Shown here piece after piece: positions 29,400 to 39,425 of a stretch of DNA of 64,000 nt. The DNA lies in NCBI GenBank assembly GCA_009693235.1, contig SHXR01000014.1, positions 3,152 through 67,151 on the forward strand, written 5' to 3'. Within the stretch, counting starts at the first letter, position 1. The number at the start of each line of letters is the position of its first letter. The notes under the pieces were generated by a model. That model had not been told where the DNA came from and did no database searches. It saw only the letters and a program-made list of their open reading frames with translations. The position numbers were made by a program, and so were the translations under genes. The stretch is from Betaproteobacteria bacterium (GTDB lineage Bacteria; Pseudomonadota; Gammaproteobacteria; Burkholderiales; SG8-39).

Positions 29400-30146
29400 A
29401 TGTCCAAACTTAACGACCTACCGCACGCCGCCCTGCAGTTCTACGTCACGGCGCCCTATCCCTGCAGCTATCTGTCTGGCCGGTTGGCGCGCTCCCAGGT
29501 CGCGACCCCAAGCCATCTGATCGACAACGACCTCTACGGCGATCTGGTTCGCCTAGGCTTTCGGCGTAGCGGCATCTTCACCTATCGCCCTTACTGCGAT
29601 AGTTGCCGCGCTTGTGTGCCGGTGCGCATTCGCGTCGCTGACTTCAAACAGGCGCGCTATCAGCGCCGGGCGTGGGCGCAACATGCGACGCTGGAAACCC
29701 ACTCGATGGCGCTGCGTTTTCGGGTCGAACACTACGGTCTCTATCTTCGCTATCAGGCCGCCCGTCATGCCGGTGGCGGCATGGACCAAGATAGTCGCGA
29801 CCAGTATTCGCATTTCCTCTTGCAAAGTCGGGTGAATACACGGCTCGTTGAGTTTCGCGATGCGGGCAAGCTGGTGATGGTGAGCATTCTCGATTATCTG
29901 AACGATGGTCTGTCATCGGTCTATACCTTCTTTGATCCATCGCTTTCCCGCTCGAGCCTTGGCACGTTCAATATTCTTTGGCAGATTGAACAGGTCAGAC
30001 GCCTTGGCCTCGATCATCTCTATCTTGGTTACTGGATCGAAGATAGCCGCAAGATGTCGTATAAGGCGCGCTTTCGGCCGATTGAAGGATTGACCGATGG
30101 TGTGTGGGGGCCGCTCCCCGAGGCGAAATCGCCTGGCAGCAAGTAA
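29400..30146 (+). CDS. bpt: arginyl-tRNA/leucyl-tRNA protein transferase (bacterial Ate1 homologue)
   Basis: [21 protein letters not shown]...[25 protein letters not shown]. Immediately downstream of aat. Confidence 0.9.
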   Translation: MSKLNDLPHAALQFYVTAPYPCSYLSGRLARSQVATPSHLIDNDLYGDLVRLGFRRSGIFTYRPYCDSCRACVPVRIRVADFKQARYQRRAWAQHATLETHSMALRFRVEHYGLYLRYQAARHAGGGMDQDSRDQYSHFLLQSRVNTRLVEFRDAGKLVMVSILDYLNDGLSSVYTFFDPSLSRSSLGTFNILWQIEQVRRLGLDHLYLGYWIEDSRKMSYKARFRPIEGLTDGVWGPLPEAKSPGSK

Positions 30147-30159
30147 GGCAGACACCTTC

Positions 30160-30804
30160 ATGGCCACCCTGCCGGCCGATCTCGTCCATGCGATCGACGC
30201 CCACCTGCCGCAGACGCAGTGTGCGCGATGCGGCTACCCCGCCTGCCTTCCCTATGCGAAAGCAATTGCCCTGGACGGTGCAGCCATCAATCGATGCCCT
30301 CCCGGCGGCAGCGAGGTGATCTTGGCCCTTGCAACGCTGCTCGATAGGCCCGTGGTGCCGCTCGACCCGGCATGTGGCCCCACCATGCCTTTGCGCATTG
30401 CCCGCATCATCGAGGCTCACTGCATCGGCTGTACGCTTTGCATTCAGGCCTGTCCGGTCGATGCGATCATCGGCGCACCAAAGAAAATGCATGTGGTCAT
30501 CGCAGAGCTTTGCTCCGGCTGCGATCTTTGCCTGCCACCCTGCCCAGTCGATTGCATCGTGATGGAGTCCGCCCCCGCTGCAACATGGACGGCAGAGCGG
30601 GCCACGCATGCTCGCGAACGACATGCCAACTACGCAGCACGAAAAATCGCCACCCAGCGAATGCGTGCCACATCCACCGGCGAACCCCCCGTTGCGACCA
30701 CCCCCTCCACCCCACCTCTCTCCATGGAGGCGCGTCGTGCCAATCTGGCTCGCGCAGTGGACCGCGCCCGGACCAAACGGATACAACGACCACCGCGCCG
30801 ATGA
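30160..30804 (+). CDS. RnfB/RsxB-like 4Fe-4S ferredoxin
   Basis: N-terminal [14 protein letters not shown] and two CxxCxxCxxxCP clusters ([24 protein letters not shown]). ATGA overlap with nth. Confidence 0.8.
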   Translation: MATLPADLVHAIDAHLPQTQCARCGYPACLPYAKAIALDGAAINRCPPGGSEVILALATLLDRPVVPLDPACGPTMPLRIARIIEAHCIGCTLCIQACPVDAIIGAPKKMHVVIAELCSGCDLCLPPCPVDCIVMESAPAATWTAERATHARERHANYAARKIATQRMRATSTGEPPVATTPSTPPLSMEARRANLARAVDRARTKRIQRPPRR

Positions 30805-31493
30805 ATCCCACCAATCGTCATGAAATTTTTCATCGCCTGCGGGCGGCCAATCCAGAACCCAAGACAGAATTGGACTATGCCACCCCATTCCAGTTGCTGA
30901 TCGCAGTGATTCTCTCGGCGCAGGCCACCGACAAAAGCGTCAACCTCGCTACTCGGGAGCTCTATCGTGTCGCCGGCACACCAGCCGCTATCCTCGCGCT
31001 GGGCCCAGATGACTTGAAGCGCTACATCAAAAGCATCGGGCTCTACCAAACCAAGGCAAAGAATATTCTCGCCACGTGTGCGCTGCTGATCGAACGGCAT
31101 GGCGGCGCAGTGCCGCATAGCCGCGAAGCGCTGGAAGCCCTCCCGGGCGTCGGGCGAAAGACGGCCAATGTCGTGCTGAATGTCGCCTTCCATGAGCCCA
31201 CCATGGCGGTCGACACGCATATCTTTCGCGTCAGCAATCGCACCGGCATTGCGCCCGGCAAAGATCCGCTCGCCGTCGAACAGCGCCTGCTCAAATTCAT
31301 TCCGGATGAATTTCGCCTACACGCCCATCATTGGCTGATCCTGCTTGGGCGCTATACCTGCAAGGCGCGCACGCCCGCATGCCCTACATGCTCGATTCGC
31401 GATCTGTGCGAGTTTCGGCAGAAAACGCCGGCCCCTACGATCGACACCGCGGAACGTACCGGGCCGGTCACACCGAAACGACGAGCGAAATAG
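30801..31493 (+). CDS. nth: endonuclease III
   Basis: HhH-GPD motif [23 protein letters not shown], and the 4Fe-4S loop [17 protein letters not shown]. Confidence 0.9.
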   Translation: MNPTNRHEIFHRLRAANPEPKTELDYATPFQLLIAVILSAQATDKSVNLATRELYRVAGTPAAILALGPDDLKRYIKSIGLYQTKAKNILATCALLIERHGGAVPHSREALEALPGVGRKTANVVLNVAFHEPTMAVDTHIFRVSNRTGIAPGKDPLAVEQRLLKFIPDEFRLHAHHWLILLGRYTCKARTPACPTCSIRDLCEFRQKTPAPTIDTAERTGPVTPKRRAK

Positions 31494-31507
31494 GCGACGG
31501 CGCCCGC

Positions 31508-31936
31508 ATGTTCAATCCGAGCCGCGAGCAAGTCCGTCTATTTTTCTTCGATGCGTGGCGCGAGTATCGCAACGGCGCAGCCCTTGCCGGCACGGCTGTG
31601 CAGGCGGTCAATATCGCGCTGATGCATCCTGAGTATCACGGCATCCTCGATGCCCCAGAACGCTACCTCAATCGCGAATGGACGCCAGAGGATGGACAGA
31701 CCAATCCGTTCCTCCACATGTCGATGCACCTGGCCATCGAAGAACAGCGATCGATCGATCAACCACCGGGAATTGTCGCCGCCATGCAGGCCTTGGAAGC
31801 ACAAAGCCGAGACCCGCATGCTGCACAGCATGTGGCGATGGAATGCCTGGGCGAGATGGTGTGGCGAGCACAGCGCGCGGGCACCGCACCCGATGCGCTG
31901 CAATACCTCGACTGTCTGCGGCGCCTCGGGCGTTAG
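31508..31936 (+). CDS. DUF1841 family protein
   Basis: MFNPSREQVRLFFFDAWREYR...NPFLHMSMHLAIEEQ resembles DUF1841. Family-level recognition only. Confidence 0.55.
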   Translation: MFNPSREQVRLFFFDAWREYRNGAALAGTAVQAVNIALMHPEYHGILDAPERYLNREWTPEDGQTNPFLHMSMHLAIEEQRSIDQPPGIVAAMQALEAQSRDPHAAQHVAMECLGEMVWRAQRAGTAPDALQYLDCLRRLGR

Positions 31937-31947
31937 GCGCCCTCGCG

Positions 31948-32286
31948 CTAGCGACGGACGTGCAGCGTTCCCGGTTGCGATGCGAAGTACGCGGCGACAT
32001 CGGCGATCTCTTTAGTCGTCAACGTCTGCGCCATGGGTGCCATGATCGCGTTCTTGCGGCCACCGGTCTTGTATTCACGTAGCGTACGCTGCAGGTAGTC
32101 CTGGTGTTGCCCGGCCAGTTTTGGATAGTCCGGAAACGCTGGTACGCCGCTGCCATCAGCACCATGACAGGCCGCACAGATAGTTTTCGCCTTTTCCGCG
32201 CCGGCAGCGACATCGGCTGCCAGAACAGGGCCGGCCAGTACGAGACCAAGACTCGCAACAAGGATTCGATGCAGAAGGCCCATCAT
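31948..32286 (-). CDS. monohaem cytochrome c (class I)
   Basis: Signal peptide, CAACHG haem motif and a distal Met region (IMAPMA). Confidence 0.8.
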   Translation of the reverse strand: MMGLLHRILVASLGLVLAGPVLAADVAAGAEKAKTICAACHGADGSGVPAFPDYPKLAGQHQDYLQRTLREYKTGGRKNAIMAPMAQTLTTKEIADVAAYFASQPGTLHVRR

Positions 32287-32615
32287 TTGCTCGCTCCGCT
32301 GTAGTAGGCCGCAACATCGGCGATATCTTCATCGGAAAGACCGCGCGCGATGCCTCGCATGCTCGGATGCGTGCGATCCCCGGACCGATACGCTTTCAGC
32401 GCGTTGGCGATGTACCCCGGATTTTGCCCGGCGATCATCGGTACGTGATATACCTCGGGGAAGACGCTCTTATAGCCCGCAATGCCATGGCAGCCGATGC
32501 ATATCGACACCTTGCCTTTGGCCCGTTCCGCGTTCCCGACCGGGTTGCCTTGTGCAACAACGGCTCCTGCCATCAGTGCCGTTGCGGCGATGCTCATGCC
32601 GATGGCGACTTTCAT
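32283..32615 (-). CDS. monohaem cytochrome c (class I)
   Basis: Signal peptide and CIGCHG haem motif. 4-nt overlap with the downstream cytochrome c gene. Together they look like a split c4-type pair. Confidence 0.8.
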   Translation of the reverse strand: MKVAIGMSIAATALMAGAVVAQGNPVGNAERAKGKVSICIGCHGIAGYKSVFPEVYHVPMIAGQNPGYIANALKAYRSGDRTHPSMRGIARGLSDEDIADVAAYYSGASK

Positions 32616-32766
32616 TCCCAGTGCTTACCTGTCCTTCACGACGCCTCTCAATTTGGTGGGGGCTTTGAAAACAACGCGCGATTGTAACTGACAGGTGCGC
32701 ATGGGGTAAAGCATCCCACGGCTATAATGGCTGCACATCATTCATGCATTCAAGGACATCGCACGC

Positions 32767-33609
32767 ATGCGTTTCAAAGGATCCGATTCATACGTTGCCA
32801 CCGAAGATCTGACGCTTGCCGTCAATGCCGCCGTTACCCTGGAGCGTCCGCTATTGATCAAAGGCGAGCCCGGGACCGGCAAGACGCGGCTGGCGGTCGA
32901 AGTCGCGCAGGCGCTCAACATGCCGCTGCTTGAGTGGCACATCAAATCGACGACCAAGGCGCAGCAAGGGCTCTATGAATATGATGCGGTGTCGCGCCTG
33001 CGTGATTCGCAGCTCGGTGACTCCCGCGTCCAGGACATTTCCAACTACATTCTAAAAGGCATGCTCTGGCACGCCTTTACCGCCGATGCGCCGGTGGTGC
33101 TGCTGATCGATGAAATCGACAAGGCCGATATCGAATTCCCGAACGATCTGCTGCGGGAAATCGACCGGATGGAGTTCTATGTCTATGAGACCCGCGAACT
33201 GATCAAGGCAAAGCACCGGCCGATCGTATTCATCACGAGTAACAATGAGAAAGATCTGCCGGACGCCTTTCTCAGACGCTGCTTCTTTCACTACATTCGC
33301 TTCCCGGACAAGGAAACGATGGAGAAAATCGTCGATGTTCACTTTCCCGGCATCAAGAAGAGCCTCCTCAAGGAAGCGCTGGAGGTGTTCTTCGAAGTGC
33401 GCGAGGTGCCGGGCCTCAAGAAAAAACCCTCGACGTCCGAACTGCTCGATTGGTTGAAACTGCTGCTCGCCGAGGACATCTCGCCTGAGACGCTCCACTC
33501 GAAGGATCGGAAGTCGATCATCCCGCCGCTCCATGGTGCATTGCTCAAGAACGAGCAGGACGTCCATTTGTTCGAGCGTCTGGTATTCATGACCCGCCAG
33601 GGTCGATAG
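32767..33609 (+). CDS. MoxR-like AAA+ ATPase
   Basis: Walker A GEPGTGKT, Walker B VLLIDEIDKAD, and sensor region FITSNNEKDLPDAFLRRC. Confidence 0.85.
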   Translation: MRFKGSDSYVATEDLTLAVNAAVTLERPLLIKGEPGTGKTRLAVEVAQALNMPLLEWHIKSTTKAQQGLYEYDAVSRLRDSQLGDSRVQDISNYILKGMLWHAFTADAPVVLLIDEIDKADIEFPNDLLREIDRMEFYVYETRELIKAKHRPIVFITSNNEKDLPDAFLRRCFFHYIRFPDKETMEKIVDVHFPGIKKSLLKEALEVFFEVREVPGLKKKPSTSELLDWLKLLLAEDISPETLHSKDRKSIIPPLHGALLKNEQDVHLFERLVFMTRQGR

Positions 33610-33636
33610 GCGCTTCATCACGACGGCGCGGCCACC

Positions 33637-34812
33637 ATGCTGATCAGCTTTTTCCTCAAGTTGAAGGAACACAAGGTCCCCGTCTCGATCAAGGAGTTCC
33701 TCACCTTGCTCGAAGCGATGAATAAGCATGTCATCGGCCCGAGCCTCGACGATTTCTACTTTCTCGCCCGCATTACGCTGGTCAAGGACGAAGCGAGCTT
33801 CGACAAATACGATCGCGCCTTCTCCGAATACTTTCAAGGGGTGGAATCGATCACCGGTCAAAACGCGGATATTCCGCTTGAGTGGCTGCTAAAGCAGGTT
33901 GAACTCAATCTCACGCCGGAAGAAAAAACGCAGATTCAAGCGCTCGGTGGCTGGGAAAAACTGATGAAGATGCTGAAACAGCGTCTCGAAGAACAGAAAA
34001 ACCGCCATCAGGGCGGCAACAAGATGATCGGCACCGGCGGCACCTCCCCGTTCGGTGCGTACGGTTACAACCCGGAAGGCATTCGCATCGGACAAGACAA
34101 ATCGCGCAACCGCAGCGCGGTCAAGGTCTGGGATCAACGCGAATACCGCAACCTCGATGGCGAAGTACAACTTGGCACGCGCAATATCAAGGTCGCGTTA
34201 CGGCGGCTACGCCGCTTCGCACGGGAAGGCGCGGCCGATGAACTCGATCTCGACAACACGATCACCAAGACCGCCAAGAACGCGGGGCTGCTCGATATTC
34301 AAATGCGTCCGGAACGGCACAACGCCGTGAAGGTGTTGATGCTGCTCGATATCGGCGGCTCGATGGACGATCACATCAAGCTTTGCGAAGATCTTTTCTC
34401 GGCGGCAAAAACAGAATTCAAGCATCTTGAGTTCTACTATTTCCACAACTGCCTGTACGACTTTGTCTGGAAAGACAATCGTCGCCGCCATAGCGAACGC
34501 ACGCGCACCTGGGATCTGATGAACAAGTACAACCGCGACTACCGGTTGGTCTTCGTGGGTGATGCGACGATGAGCCCTTACGAGATCCTGCAGCCGGGCG
34601 GTTCCATCGAATACCACAACGAGGAAGCGGGCGCCGCGTGGATGCAGCGCATGCTGCAGGTCTATCACCGCGCCGTCTGGCTGAATCCGGAACCCGAAGA
34701 TATCTGGCCCTATCGACAGTCGGTCAAGGTGATGAAGGAGATCATGAACAATCGCATGTACTCCACGACCATCGAGGGGCTGGAAAAAGCGATGAAGGTC
34801 CTCACCAAGTAA
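33637..34812 (+). CDS. VWA domain protein, CoxE-like (partner of the preceding MoxR ATPase)
   Basis: N-terminus KEFLTLLEAM...DDFYFLARITLVKDE is typical of CoxE-like VWA proteins. MIDAS-like MLLDIGGSMDD. Confidence 0.7.
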   Translation: MLISFFLKLKEHKVPVSIKEFLTLLEAMNKHVIGPSLDDFYFLARITLVKDEASFDKYDRAFSEYFQGVESITGQNADIPLEWLLKQVELNLTPEEKTQIQALGGWEKLMKMLKQRLEEQKNRHQGGNKMIGTGGTSPFGAYGYNPEGIRIGQDKSRNRSAVKVWDQREYRNLDGEVQLGTRNIKVALRRLRRFAREGAADELDLDNTITKTAKNAGLLDIQMRPERHNAVKVLMLLDIGGSMDDHIKLCEDLFSAAKTEFKHLEFYYFHNCLYDFVWKDNRRRHSERTRTWDLMNKYNRDYRLVFVGDATMSPYEILQPGGSIEYHNEEAGAAWMQRMLQVYHRAVWLNPEPEDIWPYRQSVKVMKEIMNNRMYSTTIEGLEKAMKVLTK

Positions 34813-34843
34813 GCGTCGGTGCGGGTAGCGTTGTTCTGCGGCC

Positions 34844-37800
34844 TTATTTCGGCACGGCGGGCCGTCGGGTGACCAATCGGGAAATATTGGTGTCGCGCAG
34901 TACGCGTTGCTCGAATTCCAGTGGCGGTACCGCCGGCATGAAGTGCGCACCTGCGAACTCGGTGCAGCCCAGGTCGCGCAGTACATCGAGTTGCTCGATG
35001 GTATCCACGCCTTCGGCAATAACGGTCATGTCCAAGCTGCGCGCCATGCTGATCATGCCACGCACGATCGCGCGGTCATCGCGATTGGTCACGATCTCAT
35101 GCACGAAGATCGGTGCTATTTTGACGCCGGTCACCGGTAGACGACGCAGGTACTGCGCCGAGGAAAAGCCGGTGCCGAAATCCTCGACCAGCACTTTCAC
35201 ACGCATATCGCGCATCCGCATGATATGCACACGCGATTCTTCGACGTTGCGCATGAGTGCTGTTTCAGACAGTTCAATCTGGATGCCCTGCGCATCGATG
35301 CTGTGGCGATCGAAAGTGGCCTGCAGCATATCGATCATAGAGGGGCTGAGATGAATGCCGGCAAGCCCCACCGCGACCGGCATGTTCAAATCCGGCAACC
35401 CACGCCATTCGCGCGCTTGCAGCGCCGCGCGGTCAAGCGTCCACTCGCCCAGCAAGCGCGCCAAGCCTGCTTCCTCGGCAATTTTTACGAAACGCTCGGC
35501 GGTGAGCAGCCCACGTAACGGATGACGCCAACGCAGCGATGTCTGCACCGCGGTGATGCGCCCGTCGGCGATCGCCACCCGCGGCTGGTACATCAGCCGA
35601 AACTCGTCGCGATCGAGCGCGATGCGAATCTCAAAGCCAAGCTTGCCCGGGTTGACCGTCGGTGCCTGCACTTCGGCCGAGAAGTATCGATACGTCTTGC
35701 GCCCGCCCGCCTTGGCCGCGTACATGGCCGCATCCGCATGCCGCATCAAAGTCGAGATATCCGCCGCATCGTTCGGAAAAACCGAGATCCCGATGCTGCA
35801 GCTGGTGATCAGTGGATGACCCTCAATCTCACAGGGCGCGCCGATCTCGGCAACGATTTTCTGCGCCACGGTGCCGGCGTCCCCTGGGGACTTCAATCCT
35901 TCCAACAGGATCACGAACTCGTCGCCGCCAAATCGCGACAAGGTGTCCCCTTTGCGGATCGCGGCCGAGAGCCGCCTCGCCACCTCGAGCAGCAAGCCGT
36001 CGCCAACCTGATGGCCATGGGTGTCATTGACGGTCTTGAATTTATCGAGATCGATGAACATGAGCGCCAGCAGCTGACCACTTCGCTGCGCATGGGCAGT
36101 GCCCCGCACCAGCTGCTCTTCGAATTGGCGCCGGTTCGGCAGCCCGGTGAGCGGATCGCGGGTGGCCAGCTCCTCAATCCGCTGCAGCGCTTGTTTGCGC
36201 TCCGTGATGTCGAGCGCGGTGCCCCGATAGCCGATCGGCGCGCCTTTTTCATCGAGAATCGGTACCGCGTTCACCAATTGCCAGATCGATGAACCGGATT
36301 TGGTAAAGGCCCGATGCTCGAGATTTCGATAGGAATGATCGGCACGGCGATTGGCATTGACCCAATCGGCAACCCGCGCGCCTTCACCTGGCGGCATGAA
36401 TTCATCGAGCCGGCGGCCGATGATTTCTTCCGGCTTGAAACCGGTGACCGTCTCGACGCGATTGGACACATAAGAATAGATCTCGCTCGCATCGACTTCC
36501 CAGACGTACTCGCCCGCCGCTTCGGCAAAGTCCCGGAACCGCCGTTCACTGTCTCGCAATTGCCGCTCGACCAGCTTGCGCGCGGTAATATCGATGAGCG
36601 TGGTGATGACGCGCGGCTCACCGCCCAAGTCGATGGATTCCGATGACACCAACGCATCGACCACCTCACCGGATTTCTTGCGTACGCGCTGCTCGGCATT
36701 GCGCACCCGGCGCCCTGCTTCGCCCGACGCAGAGTCCGTAGATTGCGCCGTCACCCAGACCCGCAGATCCACCACCGTTTTGCCGATTGCCTCATCGCGT
36801 GAGAATCCGAAGAACGTCGTCCAGGCGTCATTGACTTCGATATAGCGCTCGTCCGGATACGCCATCACGAACATCGGCACCGGGCTCGCGTGAAACACCT
36901 TGCTGAAGCGCTCCTGCGAATGGCGGAGCTCCTCCTCATTGCGTTTGCGTTCGGTCACATCCACGACCGACGAGACAATCACCTTCTCGCCGCCCAATTC
37001 GAGTACCTCGGCCGAATAGAGAACGTCCAAGGGGGCGCCACCGCGTCGCTTCGCAGCGAGCTCAAGGTGATGGATCGAATCGTTCTCCCGCAAACTTTGC
37101 ATGCCCGCGCGATAGTCATCCAGGGCGACGATCATGCCGATCTCGTCGATGGTGCGACCGATCGACAGTGCGCGCGGGCCGCCAAACAGGGATAGCCATG
37201 CTGCGTTGACTTCCGTGACCGATCCATCTGCAAAGCGGGAGAAGGCCATCGGTACCGGGCTCGCATGGAACACCCGGGTAAACATTTGCTCCGACTCGCG
37301 CGCCCGTTGCTCGACGCGGCGTTGCCCGGACAAGTCGATGGCGGTCAGAATGATCCGCTCAATGCGTTCGGTCTTGTGGCGAATCGGCACCAGGGTCACG
37401 ACCACATGCTTGGAACCGGAGCCGGTGACGAGTTCGTGTTCCTCGGTAATGCGGGCTTCGGCGGTGAGACAACGCTTGAATCGCGCCACCCAATCGCCCG
37501 CCAACGCGTCGGGCAAACACTGTTCCGGCGCATTGCCCACCAACTCATGCGCAGGAATTTCAAGGAGCGCTTCAGCACTCTGGTTGCATGAATCAAACCG
37601 GAAGCCGCCGCTCGCGTCGATCTTGATGACGATGATGGCCGCCGACGAATTGAAAAATACGCTCGCATAGCGCTGCTCGCTTTCGCGCATCGCCTCTTCA
37701 GCCCACTTCTCCGCCGTGATCTCGCGGACCACCCCGCGGTAGCCGGCCACACGCGAGGCCTGACCCATCACCGGGTCGCCGCTGATCAGAAAATGGCGGA

Positions 37801-38998
37801 TCTCGCCGCTTGGCAGGCGGCGCGTGAGCATGAAGTCGCGAAATGGACGTCCTGTTTCCAGCACCTTACGGTGCGCTGACCAGATCTGCGGCGTAACTTC
37901 GAAGGGCAATTCCCAGAGGCGTCTGCCGATCAGAGAGGCGCTCTCGATGCCGATGGAGGAGGCGCCATGCGAAACCATGGTGAAGCGATGATCGGCGTCT
38001 TGCTCCCAATGCCAATCATTGGCCATCTCCGTGAGGCTGCGAAAGCGTGCTTCGCTGGTGGCCAGTGCCACCACACCCACACGCCGCTCGACATTGATCG
38101 CCGAGACAATCAAGGTAGTCAGCGCAAAGCAGGCGATGAAGGCATGCAGCGCGACCAACACACCGCCCAGCGATTTGTTGGCAATATCGACCATGCCAAG
38201 CGACTGTCCGACGATCGCCGCAATCGCCACAAACACATTGATCAGGGTCGCCTCGCGCGGCTCAAATCGGTAGGCCGCCCACAACGCGATCGGGAAAAAA
38301 GCAAAGACGACGATATCGCTTGCCAACCGTGGCCCAATCGCGTGCGCCAACAAGAGCGGCGACAAGGCAAGAAATAGCGCGCCGGCAACCCCGACCGCGA
38401 GCGAGCGGAGCGCTTCACGATTGGCAAACGGTCTAGCGAGCCAGGTCAATAAGAGCGGCGCAGCAAGAAGGACGCCCTGCGATAGCGCAGTCCAGCGCCC
38501 GATCCACCGTTCGAGAAGATCCATGCGAGCCAATGCATTCGCGGCGAATGCGGCAGCCATTTCAATAGTGGCGACCAGCGTCGCGGCACCGATCACTCCC
38601 GCTATCAGGAGTGCGCCCACATCGGCGACGCGAATCAGCCGGGCATCGAAGTTCCGTTGGCGAAGAAATGCCGCCGCGGCAAATACGAAGAGGCTTTCAC
38701 TGGCGGCCACCGCCACTGCGATCAGCGGCTGCAAATCGATCGACAATCGGAACAGAACGGCGCCGAGGAAAACACCGGCGACCATCCGATGGCCATAGAG
38801 CACCACCGCGACCAAAGCAATGGCAAGCCCGAAGCAGACCGTGCCGCTACCGTCCACGCCGACGGCCGAAAATTCGCAGGAAGCCCGCTCCGCCGCAATG
38901 TAGGCGGTCCCCGTCATCAGCGCACGCCAGAAATCCACCGCCAGCTTGACGGGAGCGCCCGGCGTAACAGCGGCGGTCGGCGATTGCGGCTCGGTCAC
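34844..38998 (-). CDS. MASE1 - multi-PAS/PAC - GGDEF - (degenerate) EAL signalling protein
   Basis: A polytopic N-terminus of about 300 aa, then several PAS/PAC repeats. The GGDEF domain carries RFGGDEF and an upstream RKGD (RxxD). The C-terminal EAL-fold domain has EDFGTG and AEGV motifs. Confidence 0.85.
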   Translation of the reverse strand: MTEPQSPTAAVTPGAPVKLAVDFWRALMTGTAYIAAERASCEFSAVGVDGSGTVCFGLAIALVAVVLYGHRMVAGVFLGAVLFRLSIDLQPLIAVAVAASESLFVFAAAAFLRQRNFDARLIRVADVGALLIAGVIGAATLVATIEMAAAFAANALARMDLLERWIGRWTALSQGVLLAAPLLLTWLARPFANREALRSLAVGVAGALFLALSPLLLAHAIGPRLASDIVVFAFFPIALWAAYRFEPREATLINVFVAIAAIVGQSLGMVDIANKSLGGVLVALHAFIACFALTTLIVSAINVERRVGVVALATSEARFRSLTEMANDWHWEQDADHRFTMVSHGASSIGIESASLIGRRLWELPFEVTPQIWSAHRKVLETGRPFRDFMLTRRLPSGEIRHFLISGDPVMGQASRVAGYRGVVREITAEKWAEEAMRESEQRYASVFFNSSAAIIVIKIDASGGFRFDSCNQSAEALLEIPAHELVGNAPEQCLPDALAGDWVARFKRCLTAEARITEEHELVTGSGSKHVVVTLVPIRHKTERIERIILTAIDLSGQRRVEQRARESEQMFTRVFHASPVPMAFSRFADGSVTEVNAAWLSLFGGPRALSIGRTIDEIGMIVALDDYRAGMQSLRENDSIHHLELAAKRRGGAPLDVLYSAEVLELGGEKVIVSSVVDVTERKRNEEELRHSQERFSKVFHASPVPMFVMAYPDERYIEVNDAWTTFFGFSRDEAIGKTVVDLRVWVTAQSTDSASGEAGRRVRNAEQRVRKKSGEVVDALVSSESIDLGGEPRVITTLIDITARKLVERQLRDSERRFRDFAEAAGEYVWEVDASEIYSYVSNRVETVTGFKPEEIIGRRLDEFMPPGEGARVADWVNANRRADHSYRNLEHRAFTKSGSSIWQLVNAVPILDEKGAPIGYRGTALDITERKQALQRIEELATRDPLTGLPNRRQFEEQLVRGTAHAQRSGQLLALMFIDLDKFKTVNDTHGHQVGDGLLLEVARRLSAAIRKGDTLSRFGGDEFVILLEGLKSPGDAGTVAQKIVAEIGAPCEIEGHPLITSCSIGISVFPNDAADISTLMRHADAAMYAAKAGGRKTYRYFSAEVQAPTVNPGKLGFEIRIALDRDEFRLMYQPRVAIADGRITAVQTSLRWRHPLRGLLTAERFVKIAEEAGLARLLGEWTLDRAALQAREWRGLPDLNMPVAVGLAGIHLSPSMIDMLQATFDRHSIDAQGIQIELSETALMRNVEESRVHIMRMRDMRVKVLVEDFGTGFSSAQYLRRLPVTGVKIAPIFVHEIVTNRDDRAIVRGMISMARSLDMTVIAEGVDTIEQLDVLRDLGCTEFAGAHFMPAVPPLEFEQRVLRDTNISRLVTRRPAVPK

Positions 38999-39425
38999 GG
39001 CAAGCCCTTCGGTGAGCGGGGCACTGAGGTTATCACCTGGTTAATCAGGAAAATTTCCCCATTCTGATGGCTTGGCGAAGATCGTCCCTGTTGCCCGGCC
39101 GCCCCAGCGCCCCAGTAACGCGACATCGGACAGGGCAATGCGCCACACGGCCGGCGGATCGTCGCAATCGATGACCTGCCGACGTCTTAGTGGGTCGAGG
39201 AACGTGTTGCGCGTCATGCGTTGAGCGCCAGATGATTACCGTATGCCGGCAGATCCGTGCATTTTGACGCGCCTGAAACAGTTTGTACTTCCTCTGGATT
39301 CCCTGCCATGGCGTGGTTGTGCATTACGACCGCTAAATTCACAGAATTTCACAGTCTCAATCGAGCACCTCGACAGCAGGCTTCCACGTCGCTTATCGAG
39401 GTCGACCCGGCACCCCCCTCCAGAA

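Noticed and set aside
39041-39217. 58-codon minus-strand ORF (MTRNTFLDPLRRRQVIDCDD...) upstream of the PAS-GGDEF-EAL gene.
   Set aside because: No recognisable motif, no clear RBS, and mixed codon usage. An ORF of this size is expected by chance in GC-rich DNA.
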